Shown here: positions 63,769 through 64,000 of the stretch, in pieces
How the letters are laid out: each line of letters begins with the position of its first letter
How positions within the stretch are numbered: position 1 is the first letter of the stretch
Assembly (NCBI GenBank): GCA_030704615.1
Contig: CM060731.1
Span: 38,874,001-38,938,000 of the forward strand
Length of the DNA stretch: 64,000 bases
DNA from: Takakia lepidozioides
Lineage: Eukaryota; Plantae; Bryophyta
Direction: 5' to 3'
Translations under genes and position numbers: made by a program
Notes under the pieces: generated by a model
Seen by the model: the letters and a program-made list of their open reading frames with translations, nothing else
Told to the model about the DNA's origin: nothing
The model's database searches: none

Positions 63769-64000
63769 AGCAGGTTGTGAGCAGCACCGGAATGAACGGT
63801 TATAGTTGTTATATGTTTGTATATGGAAATACAAGTGACAAATGGACATAGGATACCCTTAAGAGTTCCATGGTCTATTAATATATTTTAAGAAGATTGG
63901 AAAACTTACTTAGAATTATTAACAAGAAGAAAGTTGGTCTCTCATCTCCCGAGCTACTTTCCCAACTTGTGACTTTGTCCATTTGCCGTTTCTGAAAGTT

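Overview
Eukaryotic plant nuclear DNA with spliceosomal GT-AG introns, most likely a non-seed plant such as a bryophyte (inferred from gene and TE content, not proven). Four host genes: QCR9 (5328-6517 +), an ARM-repeat protein (23427-25368 -), a secreted GNA-type lectin (46149-46607 -) and an F-box protein (58020-61540 -). The rest is dominated by transposons. (1) A hAT element (8354-19987, 8-bp TSD) carries a nested, very young chromodomain Ty3/gypsy element (9744-16707) and a PPR gene fragment. (2) A solo LTR of the same chromovirus family lies at 41893-42624. (3) There is a decayed Crypton-like tyrosine-recombinase gene (~51450-54685), plus MITEs and SINEs. (4) The most striking object is a 12.1-kb Ty3/gypsy-type element (29643-41787, - strand). 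It encodes Gag-PR-[C5 DNA methyltransferase]-RT-RNaseH-DDE integrase-PHD finger. Its terminal repeats are split and circularly permuted (b-internal-a-GC-b-a), with TG..CA ends and a 4-bp TSD. Its PBS position is complementary to its own LTR, and a 1.3-kb minisatellite sits in the leader. All calls were made by eye; no database searches were run.
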